Source: Escherichia phage DK-13
Strand: one strand, 5' to 3'
Sequence record: MT611523.1
DNA: 64,000 bases
Shown here: positions 17,542-26,831 of the stretch, piece after piece
Position numbering within the stretch: position 1 is the stretch's first letter
Layout: the number at the start of each line of letters is the position of its first letter
Position numbers and translations under genes: made by a program
Notes under the pieces: model-generated
What the model saw: the letters and a program-made list of their open reading frames with translations, nothing else
What the model was told of the DNA's origin: nothing
Database searches by the model: none

Positions 17542-17780
17542 TTTGATTCCTTGATGATAATTACTTGTGCGTTTGATTTACGTTCAGCAACGAGTGCCCA
17601 GATAAATGCAATAAACCATCCGACCATTGTCCAACCTAACAGAAGGTTAACAAAGAAGATTCCGCAATTACTTTTGGTACCACGCAGCAGCGCGATAATC
17701 CACGGCAGAAAATATGCCAGTGCAGCCAGGAAGAAAGAACCAGCCCCAAGAACAACAGTACCCGCAATTAATGTTTCCAT
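17538..17780 (-). CDS. imm: superinfection immunity membrane protein Imm-like
   Basis: 80 aa, two TM segments, LLGWTMVGWFIAFIWAL motif; T4 imm position adjacent to gene 43. Confidence 0.6.
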   Translation of the reverse strand: METLIAGTVVLGAGSFFLAALAYFLPWIIALLRGTKSNCGIFFVNLLLGWTMVGWFIAFIWALVAERKSNAQVIIIKESK

Positions 17781-17817
17781 TTTAATATCCTTAAGTTATT
17801 CATCAGTTGATGAGGTA

Positions 17818-17847
17818 ATCATACGGCAATCCATTGCCGTTGTAAAC
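17818..17847 (-). promoter_or_regulatory. early promoter (-35 GTTTAC / -10 TATGAT) with class-A leader
   Basis: T4-like GTTTAC -35 at 17842-17847, 18-nt spacer, TATGAT, leader TACCTCATCAACTGATGA. Confidence 0.5.
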
Positions 17848-17849
17848 AC

Positions 17850-20564
17850 TTAAAAGTCAAACATGTCAAAAAGAGTTGCTTTCTTTTCGTAATCAACCTT
17901 TGCAGCTTCAGAGAAACCTGTTAATGGCTTAACAAAAGTCTTCTGGAACAGTGTGTTGTAGTCCATCCACTGCAGAACCTGGTCACGGATTTCAATCGGG
18001 AGTTCAATCCCAGATGGCCATGCAATCACGGTTTCACCAAACGGGTTGCCGACTTTAAGAGGAAGTACATACACCTTTTCCCCTTCCATGATTTGCGGAA
18101 CAGTCTTCAGACCTTTAGTTGCACGCATATAAGCAAGCACACCTTTGATATGAGCCGGGCACTTAAATCCAGGGAAACCACCTTCATTATATTTCTGGAT
18201 GTTGTTAACCGATGATACACCTGCGATGGTCATGTAGTTAAGCTCATTAAATTCCTTATTGAATTCCTTGAAGTATGTCTGCAGAGATTCTTCACCTTCT
18301 TGCAGCATGCGGCGGATACATTCTTTCAGAGCTTTCTGACATGCCTTTGGAGTACTCGACTTTTGAGTTTCCAGACCCATAATTTTCAGTTTCGGAACAG
18401 CATAACGTGTGCCTTCCATATCGTACACGTTCAGCGCATAACGCTTCTTCGCCGTCCAGAATCCACCCACACCTTTAGAACCCAGCGGAGGACATGCAAT
18501 CGCCTCACGGTCCATAAACATAAGGTGCTGTTTGTTGTTCATGTATTCAGCCAGCTCACGGAAAGCTTTATCGATTGCCGGTTCCAGACGGTCTTTCGCA
18601 AACTTGTCCATGAAGTCAACCAGGTGGTTTGTATCACGGAATTTAGATTCGCCACCAACCTTTTTAATCAGGTTATCACACTGGATATAAATGGAGTCAG
18701 TATCGCCATAGAACACATAAGTTTCGCCGCTTGTCCCACAAACACTATCGAAGTATTCGTTAACTTTACGCTCAATCCACTGCAATGCAAGTTGTCCGAA
18801 AGATGTAATCGCGGTTGCATTTCGCAGGTCAAAGTAACGGAACCAGATATTGCCCAGAGCGCCATAACAGCTGTTGATAAGCAGCTTACGGTTAATCTGT
18901 GCGGTCATGCCTGCAACTTCTTCCATCTGCGCTTTATACAACATACCATTTAGGACTGTTTGATTCAGACCATGCAAGGTTGTTTTCATATTGTCATCAA
19001 AGTCATGACGATAATCAACTTCAGGTTCGGTTGTACCAGTTCCTGGATTGCGCAGAGCTTCCTTAATCAGTTCACCATTACGTTGAGCCGCAAGCATATA
19101 GCCTTTGTGCTCTTTACGCTGATTAAACACCTTGGTGACTTCTGTCGGAATAATACCCGCAACATCTTTAAAATACATCATACCATTTGGAGCACAACTA
19201 AATGTATCAGATGGACGGTCAGCAGTTCCGGCGATGTATTCATGCATTTGCGCAGGAGCAAATGAACCGGCAATCGTTTCTGGACTGATGTTAATCTGTC
19301 GGATAATGCTCGGATACAGAGATGTTAAGTCACAGCTCATTACATATTTGTACGCGTTCGGAATAGGTTCCTTAACAAATGCACCAGGGAACGATTGACG
19401 AACATGCGATTTGGTTTCCGGAATGACTTTGTTTTGAGTCTTCAGGCTGTTAAAGATAATCGCATCCCAAGTTTTGATTGGGCTGAATACAGACTGAATC
19501 TGCATTTTTGCGTAATAACCCATTGACTGACTCAGGTTAATAAACTGCCGCTTACGGTCAATCTGCACAACACGATAAACGTCGATGATGTTATAAGAAA
19601 TATACCGCTGGTGATTTGATTCGCGCAGTTTAGAAATCGGGCCATCATACGGGAGTTTACCAACACCCAGTTCAGATTCCGCAACATAATCCAACGAATA
19701 AGACGGTTGGTTTGTGAAGCTGAACTTTTTATACAGGTCCAGATAATCCAGAACAGAGATACCCAGAATCTGAATGATTTCTTGTTCTTCACCAAAGCCA
19801 TTGTTAATGACCTTAACTTTTGTACGACGATGTGGGCTCAGACGTTTTGCCGTAGCTTCACCAAATACATTTTTAAGGCGGTTGTAGATATATGGAATAT
19901 CAAATTTCTCGATGTTCCAACCAGTTAACATAACCGGAGTTTTCTCGTTCCAGAATACCAAATACTGCTGGAGCATTTCTTCTTCTGAATCGAAAGCCAT
20001 ATAAACAATTTTTTCCAGGATTTCTTCAGGGACTTCATCACCGCCGTCTTCCTGCAGCTTAGCAGCAATATCAATAGACCATTGCTCCACAGTGGCGTAT
20101 GGTGAGCCCAAAAGGTCAAAGACATAGAATTTATCGTCTACCGAATCATAGTGCGTCAGGGCATCAATAGGGTGACGTGCTTCAGACGGTTCAGGGAACC
20201 CATCAGGAGATGTCACCTCGATATCGAAGTTAGCAACACGGATTTTACTTGAATCATATTTGATTTCGTGTGGGTAACGGTCGGACAAGTATGCGAGTTT
20301 AAAGTCATCCATACCCATAGCTTCGAGACCCATGTCATTCATTCGCTTCATCCACTGGGATGCATCACGCATGGAATCGAATTCTTTTTTCACACAACCT
20401 TTATTATAGATGTCTGTATACTTTGCAGCCTGGCCTTCCCGGGCGTGCATAAACAAGCATGGGGCATAAGGGATTTCACGAACACGTTCATGACCATTCT
20501 TGTCAATATATCGTTCGAGTAGGTTGTCACCGATTTGTTCGATAGTTAAATAAAATTCTTGCAT
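17850..20564 (-). CDS. 43: DNA polymerase gp43 (family B)
   Basis: 904 aa; exo motif FDIEV, pol motifs DLTSLYPSI and YGDTDS; collinear with T4/RB69 gp43. Confidence 0.95.
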   Translation of the reverse strand: MQEFYLTIEQIGDNLLERYIDKNGHERVREIPYAPCLFMHAREGQAAKYTDIYNKGCVKKEFDSMRDASQWMKRMNDMGLEAMGMDDFKLAYLSDRYPHEIKYDSSKIRVANFDIEVTSPDGFPEPSEARHPIDALTHYDSVDDKFYVFDLLGSPYATVEQWSIDIAAKLQEDGGDEVPEEILEKIVYMAFDSEEEMLQQYLVFWNEKTPVMLTGWNIEKFDIPYIYNRLKNVFGEATAKRLSPHRRTKVKVINNGFGEEQEIIQILGISVLDYLDLYKKFSFTNQPSYSLDYVAESELGVGKLPYDGPISKLRESNHQRYISYNIIDVYRVVQIDRKRQFINLSQSMGYYAKMQIQSVFSPIKTWDAIIFNSLKTQNKVIPETKSHVRQSFPGAFVKEPIPNAYKYVMSCDLTSLYPSIIRQINISPETIAGSFAPAQMHEYIAGTADRPSDTFSCAPNGMMYFKDVAGIIPTEVTKVFNQRKEHKGYMLAAQRNGELIKEALRNPGTGTTEPEVDYRHDFDDNMKTTLHGLNQTVLNGMLYKAQMEEVAGMTAQINRKLLINSCYGALGNIWFRYFDLRNATAITSFGQLALQWIERKVNEYFDSVCGTSGETYVFYGDTDSIYIQCDNLIKKVGGESKFRDTNHLVDFMDKFAKDRLEPAIDKAFRELAEYMNNKQHLMFMDREAIACPPLGSKGVGGFWTAKKRYALNVYDMEGTRYAVPKLKIMGLETQKSSTPKACQKALKECIRRMLQEGEESLQTYFKEFNKEFNELNYMTIAGVSSVNNIQKYNEGGFPGFKCPAHIKGVLAYMRATKGLKTVPQIMEGEKVYVLPLKVGNPFGETVIAWPSGIELPIEIRDQVLQWMDYNTLFQKTFVKPLTGFSEAAKVDYEKKATLFDMFDF

Positions 20565-20621
20565 TTGATTTCCTTTATAGTCGAGTGATTGACTTTTGTT
20601 TTATGACTTGACGCTATTATA

Positions 20622-20646
20622 CTACAAAAGGGACCGAAGTCCCTTT
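20622..20646 (-). terminator. hairpin/terminator upstream of gene 43
   Basis: AAGGGAC-CGAA-GTCCCTT hairpin followed by TTTTG on minus strand. Confidence 0.45.
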
Positions 20647-20649
20647 GCT

Positions 20650-20877
20650 TTAAATTTCTATTATACGACGTTCGATAGTCGGATTACCATTTTCATCTTT
20701 AGTTCTAACCATAGCCTGGAAGACTCTCTGTCCAGGATGCAATAATTTATTGAGTTCCTTTTGAAATTCTATTTGAAGTTCTTCGGAAAGGTCAAAAATG
20801 GTTTGAGTTGGGGAAAGTCCATATATTTCTTTAAGGCGTTCACATGTTTCAATTTCATGCTTCATATCAATTACCAA
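20650..20877 (-). CDS. hypothetical protein (75 aa) inserted between regA and 43
   Basis: co-oriented ORF; 5' end overlaps regA 3' end by 11 nt. Confidence 0.4.
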   Translation of the reverse strand: MVIDMKHEIETCERLKEIYGLSPTQTIFDLSEELQIEFQKELNKLLHPGQRVFQAMVRTKDENGNPTIERRIIEI

Positions 20878-21235
20878 TTGTATATTTGGCTACGAGCTTC
20901 CAGTCATCTTTTTGTTTGAATGAGATAACACGGAAGTTATTTGTTACTGCGAACAATTCATTATGCTCTTCTTCTTTGATAGCGATTAAGCCCCAGTCTT
21001 CGAGCAATTGGGCGATGGAATCACGGCGCTGATAGTCTTCGCCGTCAATATCCACCTGACGACCATCCATGCGCAGCATTTCTTTGAAGTGAACAATATA
21101 ATAACGACCTTGCTTCTGGAGGATGTGGCAGCTCTGGTACAGCACACGGTCTTTATTATTTGCGATGCCCATACGGGTCAGAGTTTCTTTAACTTTCAGG
21201 AAGTCTTCAGGTTGCTTTAATGTAATTTCAATCAT
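20867..21235 (-). CDS. regA: translational repressor RegA
   Basis: 122 aa; MIEITLK...FRVISFKQK...KYTIGN closely matches T4 RegA. Confidence 0.9.
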   Translation of the reverse strand: MIEITLKQPEDFLKVKETLTRMGIANNKDRVLYQSCHILQKQGRYYIVHFKEMLRMDGRQVDIDGEDYQRRDSIAQLLEDWGLIAIKEEEHNELFAVTNNFRVISFKQKDDWKLVAKYTIGN

Positions 21236-21236
21236 T

Positions 21237-21815
21237 TTACCATTCCAATATTTGTTTTTTAATTTCTTTTTGTTCTTTCACATTACTGGTAACGGTCTTT
21301 AAGAATTCATCCGTCACCAGACCTTTTGTCTTTTTCAAAACATCTTTAAGACTACCTTTGACTTTCAATGTTTCCATATACATCAAAGCATCATCTGCAT
21401 TAATTGTATAATATTTCATTAAAAGCTTTAACACAAGCTGGACGCTGACTACATCCGGCTCAGCCTTCGCCCATTTACCATAACGCTTGCCTTGCGGAAC
21501 CGCATGCAGCAAATAATTATAATGCTGTTGGTCTGTTAACCCGGAACCAATTAAGTTCATCACGTTCACCTGCATGATGCAATCGACATGTTGGCTCAAT
21601 GCGTTTTCTAACCAGAATTTATTGTAGTTTTCCGATTGAATCAGGTTCCGTGGTTTTTTACTAACGGTTATGTCATTAAGAATCGCGAACAATTCATTTT
21701 CTGCTTTCTCTTTGTATGAATCGGACAATTCCTGAATTTTGTTAAAGTCGCGTGATTTCCACGCAACCTCATGTTCGTTTAATTGAACGTCATCATCAAA
21801 GAGACTTACAGCCAT
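21237..21815 (-). CDS. 62: clamp-loader subunit gp62
   Basis: 192 aa; directly downstream of gp44 with overlapping stop/start. Confidence 0.75.
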   Translation of the reverse strand: MAVSLFDDDVQLNEHEVAWKSRDFNKIQELSDSYKEKAENELFAILNDITVSKKPRNLIQSENYNKFWLENALSQHVDCIMQVNVMNLIGSGLTDQQHYNYLLHAVPQGKRYGKWAKAEPDVVSVQLVLKLLMKYYTINADDALMYMETLKVKGSLKDVLKKTKGLVTDEFLKTVTSNVKEQKEIKKQILEW

Positions 21816-22765
21816 TTCATTTCCCCAGCCAGTTGAGCAAACAGATAAGTCAAGTGAACTTCGGTATTGGCTGCAATGCCATGATACTGATTATTCTCAC
21901 CCACAATCTCATACATACGGATGATGCTTGCACCAGTCAGTTTGCCATACATTTCATCAGCCAGCTTTGCAATGAAGCTTGAATAATCATTTGCATGCTT
22001 AGGAGCCAGCCCACGGAGAACTTTAAAGTTACGGTCCTTAAGGGCATCAATCACATCATCAATTGGTGTGCGATTGTTTGTCACGATGCTCAGAATACCG
22101 GAATCGATAACACCTTTTGCAGAGTAACGGTCAAGCTCATTAATTGTCTTACGCAGGTCCGGGAAGTTATGCTTAACCAGAGCAGCAACAACTTTCAGGT
22201 CTTCGATTTCAACGCCTTCGTTTTTACATATCGCGACTGCACGATGAATCATCTCTTTCATCATAGTAGTCTGGTCAGCTGGAGTTGCTTCACCAAACTT
22301 AATTACGCGGCAACGAGACTGCAACGGAGTGATGATACCATCGATATTGTTCGCGGTCATAATGATTGAACAGTTGCTCGAATAAGCTTCCATAAAGCTA
22401 CGAAGGTGTCGTTGTGATTCAGCCAGACCCGCACGGTCAAACTCATCGATAACGATTACCTTACGGCGTCCTTCGATTGATTTAGATGATGCAAAGCGAG
22501 TCAATTCATTACGCACAAAGTCAATTCGACAATCGGAGCCGTTAACAAACAGCATATCAGAATTCGTATCCGCACACATAGCTTTTGCAACTGTTGTCTT
22601 ACCAGTACCAGGGGAACTACTGACCAGAATCAAGTTAGGAATCAAACCTTTTTTAACAATCGCCTCTAATGTTTCTTTATCATGAGCCGGAAGAATACAC
22701 TCTGATAATGTACCTGGACGGTATTTTTGTTCCCACATGAATTCTTTGTCATTAACCGTTAACAT
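21806..22765 (-). CDS. 44: clamp-loader ATPase gp44 (RFC-like AAA+)
   Basis: 319 aa; Walker A SPGTGKTT, Walker B VIVIDEFD, SRC motif QSRCRV. Confidence 0.92.
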   Translation of the reverse strand: MLTVNDKEFMWEQKYRPGTLSECILPAHDKETLEAIVKKGLIPNLILVSSSPGTGKTTVAKAMCADTNSDMLFVNGSDCRIDFVRNELTRFASSKSIEGRRKVIVIDEFDRAGLAESQRHLRSFMEAYSSNCSIIMTANNIDGIITPLQSRCRVIKFGEATPADQTTMMKEMIHRAVAICKNEGVEIEDLKVVAALVKHNFPDLRKTINELDRYSAKGVIDSGILSIVTNNRTPIDDVIDALKDRNFKVLRGLAPKHANDYSSFIAKLADEMYGKLTGASIIRMYEIVGENNQYHGIAANTEVHLTYLFAQLAGEMKWL

Positions 22766-22800
22766 ATATTTTCCTCATATTAGTTTCTACTTTGTACTCC

Positions 22801-22818
22801 ATGGGGCCGAAGCCCCAT
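22801..22818 (-). other. intercistronic RNA hairpin between 45 and 44
   Basis: TGGGGC-CGAA-GCCCCA perfect hairpin, no T-run on the sense strand. Confidence 0.4.
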
Positions 22819-22821
22819 TTA

Positions 22822-23517
22822 TTAATCTTGGAATTCGTGGCTAGAACCTTGTTCCATTGCAATCACATAGCTTGCTTGTGTACCTTCAAACTTCGTAGCA
22901 AATTTATCGTCTTTCGCCCAAAGCATAACACGGTAATCAGCCGGAATCATTTTCATGTTCAGTTTGTTAATGATAAATTTAAACGCTGCATCACCTTCGT
23001 AATCGCCACACACCAGGGAATACAATGGACGCGCTAACTCTTTATCTTCGAGCTGATTATAACCATGGATAACAATCTTACCGTCTTTGTTGGTGATTGC
23101 AAAAGTATCCAGTGACAAACCACCAGCCACACGCAGAAGTTGCTGCAGGTCACTACCTTTCAGGTCGAAGATAACCTTAGCTACCGGGAAAGGAATCTTC
23201 TTAGCAGGGAACACGATAGTGCTCGGGTCAGCCGCTGGCCAGTGAATCGTTGAACGTTGGTCTTTGATAATGATATTCGATGCATCTTCAGCCAGAGATA
23301 CTTCGGCTTGGTCAGTTACCAGGCCCAGGATACTTAAGAAGCCGTTCAGGTCATAAATTGCAGCTTCAAAGTCGATTGTATCATTGATTTCAGATTCACC
23401 ATATGACGCTCCAGTCACAGAACGAGTCAGGATGGTATTACCTGGCTTAAGCATAATGCCAGAGTAAATGGAAGTGAAGTTTTTCAGAACTGCGATAGTG
23501 TCTTTAGAGAATTTCAT
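22822..23517 (-). CDS. 45: sliding clamp gp45
   Basis: 231 aa; collinear with T4 gp45 (MKFSKDT...PADYRVMLWAKD). Confidence 0.9.
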   Translation of the reverse strand: MKFSKDTIAVLKNFTSIYSGIMLKPGNTILTRSVTGASYGESEINDTIDFEAAIYDLNGFLSILGLVTDQAEVSLAEDASNIIIKDQRSTIHWPAADPSTIVFPAKKIPFPVAKVIFDLKGSDLQQLLRVAGGLSLDTFAITNKDGKIVIHGYNQLEDKELARPLYSLVCGDYEGDAAFKFIINKLNMKMIPADYRVMLWAKDDKFATKFEGTQASYVIAMEQGSSHEFQD

Positions 23518-23547
23518 TTAATTACCTTTTATTCAAATCAAAATTAA

Positions 23548-23979
23548 TTAAGCAACAACTGCCATTTGTTTGCGGATAGCTTCCGGAAGAGATTCAATAT
23601 ACTCTGGAAGTTGCGCAGCAATAATAGAACCAGCTTGGACCAGGTGGTCGTCGAAGTCAACACAGTAATCATCTTCGAGACGTTCGGAACCGTCACGGTC
23701 GATAACCAGTTTAGCACCAGCAGCCAGTGAATCGTTGTAGTGATTACGCATCAGTTCAATCCACTTATCAGATACATCAGTATCAATCACACCGTACAGC
23801 ATGAATTTAATTTCTTGCGGCAGAGACTGCAGACGGGCAGCAGATGCTTCATCACATGCCAGGACCCAGGATTTGCGGATGCGGTTTTGGTTGTGTGGGT
23901 TGGCGTCGGTGCGGATGGTTTTAACTTGGATATCTTTAGCAGTTACGTTGTTCATAATATTCTCTCTATTCATTATCAA
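23548..23979 (-). CDS. hypothetical protein (143 aa), in the T4 rpbA position
   Basis: co-oriented ORF between 46 and 45; assignment by position only. Confidence 0.4.
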   Translation of the reverse strand: MIMNRENIMNNVTAKDIQVKTIRTDANPHNQNRIRKSWVLACDEASAARLQSLPQEIKFMLYGVIDTDVSDKWIELMRNHYNDSLAAGAKLVIDRDGSERLEDDYCVDFDDHLVQAGSIIAAQLPEYIESLPEAIRKQMAVVA

Positions 23980-24198
23980 TTAATCAAAGTATTCATATGC
24001 AAACCAGGCATTGTGTCTGTTCGCGATTATTTTAACATATTCTTCACCGAAAGCGTTTTGTAAGTCACGTTCAGTAACAAGGTGTTCATCTTTCGAAAAG
24101 GTATTAACTAACACATATCGTTTAATTTCAGGGACAGCCAGTAAATGCTGCCCGGTTAAAAAATTGCTCATAAATAATATTATCCGTTGCAGTATCAA
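23980..24198 (-). CDS. hypothetical protein (72 aa)
   Basis: co-oriented ORF. Confidence 0.35.
   Translation of the reverse strand: MILQRIILFMSNFLTGQHLLAVPEIKRYVLVNTFSKDEHLVTERDLQNAFGEEYVKIIANRHNAWFAYEYFD
24169..24176 (+). promoter_or_regulatory. late-promoter-like CATAAATA
   Basis: CATAAATA 35 nt upstream of plus-strand HNH ATG. Confidence 0.3.
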
Positions 24199-24211
24199 AC
24201 AAGGGTCTGAT

Positions 24212-24928
24212 ATGAATTATAACATCATTTACCAAAAGCTTATTAGCAGAGCATTGAATCGCAAATTAACCACATACTCTGAAAGTCATCACATTATACC
24301 CCGTTGCATGGGTGGGGCAGACGACGCTTCAAATCTTGTTGATTTAACTCCCGAGGAACATTTCGTTTGTCATCAACTGTTGGTCAAAATGCATCCAAAT
24401 AATGCTTCTTTGGTCTATGCCGCGCGCATGATGACAGTTTCCTCACCAAACGCCGACAGAAGCAAAAACAAATTATTTGGATGGCTTCGTCGTAAAAACT
24501 TGGAAGCTCAACAAAATAAAATTTTCTCCGATGAAACCAGAAAGAAAATGTCAGAATCCGCCAAATTAAAACCGAGAGTTGAATGTCCACACTGTGGAAA
24601 AACCGGTCTCGTTGGCAATATGAATCGTTGGCATTTTGATAACTGTTCCAAAGGTCCAAACAAGGTTGTTCATACTATTCCAGAAAAACAAAAGCAAAAA
24701 ATTTCAGTAGGATTAAAACAAGCTAAACATGAAATTTTAACTTGTGAATTTTGTGGTCTTGAAGGTAAAAAGTGTGTTATATCCACTCACCAACAATTCT
24801 GCAAATCCAATCCAAACCGGAAGAAAAAGGTGGACCCCAAAATTCAGTGTCCACATTGTAATGTAGTCGGTACGCCAGCCAATATGAAACGTTGGCATTT
24901 TGATAACTGCAAAATGAAGCCTCAATAA
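24212..24928 (+). CDS. HNH homing endonuclease with C-terminal zinc-finger repeats, plus strand
   Basis: SESHHIIPRCMGG...N...H HNH core; three CxxC-x(n)-W/HxFDNC repeats; ATG 24212 chosen (ORF track starts at 24011). Confidence 0.75.
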   Translation: MNYNIIYQKLISRALNRKLTTYSESHHIIPRCMGGADDASNLVDLTPEEHFVCHQLLVKMHPNNASLVYAARMMTVSSPNADRSKNKLFGWLRRKNLEAQQNKIFSDETRKKMSESAKLKPRVECPHCGKTGLVGNMNRWHFDNCSKGPNKVVHTIPEKQKQKISVGLKQAKHEILTCEFCGLEGKKCVISTHQQFCKSNPNRKKKVDPKIQCPHCNVVGTPANMKRWHFDNCKMKPQ

Positions 24929-24933
24929 GAGGC

Positions 24934-26616
24934 TCATTCCAGAACAGTAAATCGACCGACTTTTTTCATTTGAAGATGCTGTCCATATGCTTCTGGGTCG
25001 TGTTCACGATGGCTAATGATAAACACGTTTTGACCTTCCAATTTATTAATAATTGCCTGGATAGCTTTGATGCCTTCGGCGTCAGTGGCTGAATCCATGA
25101 CCTCATCCAGAATCAACGTACTAATTTGCACACCAGATACTTTCGCAGCAATATCACGCCATGTAAACAGCAATGCGATATCGATACGAGCTTTTTCACC
25201 CTGGCTAAATGATGCATAGCTGAAGTCTTCACGTCCACGAGATTTAATCGTTTCGTTGAACTCTTCATCTAACGTAAAACTATAATCAGCTTCCATAACT
25301 TTAAGATAAGCGTTTATCTGCTTATTAAAGATAGGAATATATTTCTTAATAATCGCGCCCTTAATACCAGAATCTTTCAACATATCCGTTAAGATACCAC
25401 GTTGATATTTTTCCATCACAAGGTCGGATTTTTGTTTGACTATTTTATCAAGCTGGTCTTGAAGCATTTTAATGTCTGCTGCATGGTCAATAAATTCCGA
25501 CTTAGCTTGCTCGATTAATGCTTTAACCTTTTTAGCTTTTTCGACAGTCTGGACTAAGGTTTGTTTCTTAGTTTGAATGTCTTGAGCTATTGTACGCTGG
25601 TTTTGTCTTGCCTTGGTATACGCATCAAATTGCTCTTGAACAGCATTCTGGCGAGCTTTATGCTTATCAGCTGATGCATTACATTCTTCAATCTTTGACT
25701 CAATCCTGGCGACAATGGGGTCTCCTGGATGCAACTGACTGGCACAAGTCTGACAACAACCACCTTTCTCGTACAGACCAACAACCTTTCGGTAATCGTC
25801 TATCTTCGACTTAATCAGGAATGATTCCTGCTTTAACTTCGTGAGTTCATGCTCAGGGTCTTCTCCCAAGATTATCTCGGTCAGTCTTGTTGTTGCTTCT
25901 TCGATAGTCGTCTTGATTCCACGTGCTTCTGTGGCAAGTTCATCATACATCGTTTGCAGCCGCAACAGATTATCACCTGATAATTTTCTTTGACGGTCTT
26001 CGTTGTCCTGATAGATTTTAATCTGTTGAACAATACCATCATGCTGCACATCCATCACCTGGATTTGACTATTGACTTCACGGATAAGAGATTTGTTCAG
26101 CTTATCCATATCGGCCAGTACAGAAACCTCTAAAAGGTCTTCGACGAGTTTTCTTCTTGCAGGAGTGGATAGGCCCATAAAAGGGGTATATCCAGCTGTG
26201 CCGAGTACGACAATCTGTTTGAAGCTTGCGTAGGACATTCCAATGAGCTGTTCAAATTCCGCTTGGAAGTCTTTACTGCTGGCAGATTCATCAAGACGTT
26301 TACCGCCACAAGAGATTTCAAAAACATTGGGTTTTTGCCCGCGTTTGATATAGTATTCTTTTCCATCATATTCCATCCACAATTCAACGAGCATATCTTT
26401 TTTGTTGCTCGAGTTAATCAACTGGCCTTTCTTTACATCACGGAAAGGCTTACCGAACATAGCAAAGGTAACCGCTTCAAGGAACGTAGATTTACCCGCA
26501 CCATTCTTGCCGGTGACCAGAGTTTTTTGGACTTTATCCAGTTCAACAGTAATCGGTTGAGCACCAACCGACATAATATTTTTATAGATAACTTTCTTAA
26601 GCTTAAAAGTCTTCAC
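24934..26616 (-). CDS. 46: recombination nuclease subunit gp46 (Rad50/SbcC-like)
   Basis: 560 aa; Walker A GKNGAGKST, zinc hook GGCCQTC, Walker B LILDEVMD. Confidence 0.92.
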   Translation of the reverse strand: MKTFKLKKVIYKNIMSVGAQPITVELDKVQKTLVTGKNGAGKSTFLEAVTFAMFGKPFRDVKKGQLINSSNKKDMLVELWMEYDGKEYYIKRGQKPNVFEISCGGKRLDESASSKDFQAEFEQLIGMSYASFKQIVVLGTAGYTPFMGLSTPARRKLVEDLLEVSVLADMDKLNKSLIREVNSQIQVMDVQHDGIVQQIKIYQDNEDRQRKLSGDNLLRLQTMYDELATEARGIKTTIEEATTRLTEIILGEDPEHELTKLKQESFLIKSKIDDYRKVVGLYEKGGCCQTCASQLHPGDPIVARIESKIEECNASADKHKARQNAVQEQFDAYTKARQNQRTIAQDIQTKKQTLVQTVEKAKKVKALIEQAKSEFIDHAADIKMLQDQLDKIVKQKSDLVMEKYQRGILTDMLKDSGIKGAIIKKYIPIFNKQINAYLKVMEADYSFTLDEEFNETIKSRGREDFSYASFSQGEKARIDIALLFTWRDIAAKVSGVQISTLILDEVMDSATDAEGIKAIQAIINKLEGQNVFIISHREHDPEAYGQHLQMKKVGRFTVLE

Positions 26617-26831
26617 AAAAGATTCCTTTTAATGTATCTTTTAGACCATTCTATCATATCATCATAATCTAAAAAGCATTCATCAAATTCAGCCATGTAA
26701 ACCACTCCCTGCGCCGTTTTTGATGTGATATAAATTATTCCGACATATCTAGAATCTTCTTCGGTATAATCAATATTTGCTACAAATTCATCATCAAGAT
26801 TAAATTCAAAAGTCTTCATCATAATAAGCAT
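26613..26831 (-). CDS. hypothetical protein (72 aa)
   Basis: co-oriented ORF between 47 and 46. Confidence 0.4.
   Translation of the reverse strand: MLIMMKTFEFNLDDEFVANIDYTEEDSRYVGIIYITSKTAQGVVYMAEFDECFLDYDDMIEWSKRYIKRNLL

Noticed and set aside
18300-19398. Plus-strand ORFs inside gene 43 (18300-18953, 18960-19265, 19132-19398), and similar antisense or out-of-frame ORFs inside genes 41, uvsX, 46, 47, nrdD, regB, e and others
   Set aside because: They are fully contained in well-supported minus-strand genes and have compositions typical of antisense frames.
24384-24937. Minus-strand ORFs 24384-24659 and 24737-24937 opposite the plus-strand HNH gene
   Set aside because: The plus-strand frame carries the HNH catalytic motif and zinc-finger repeats; the minus-strand frames have no motifs.
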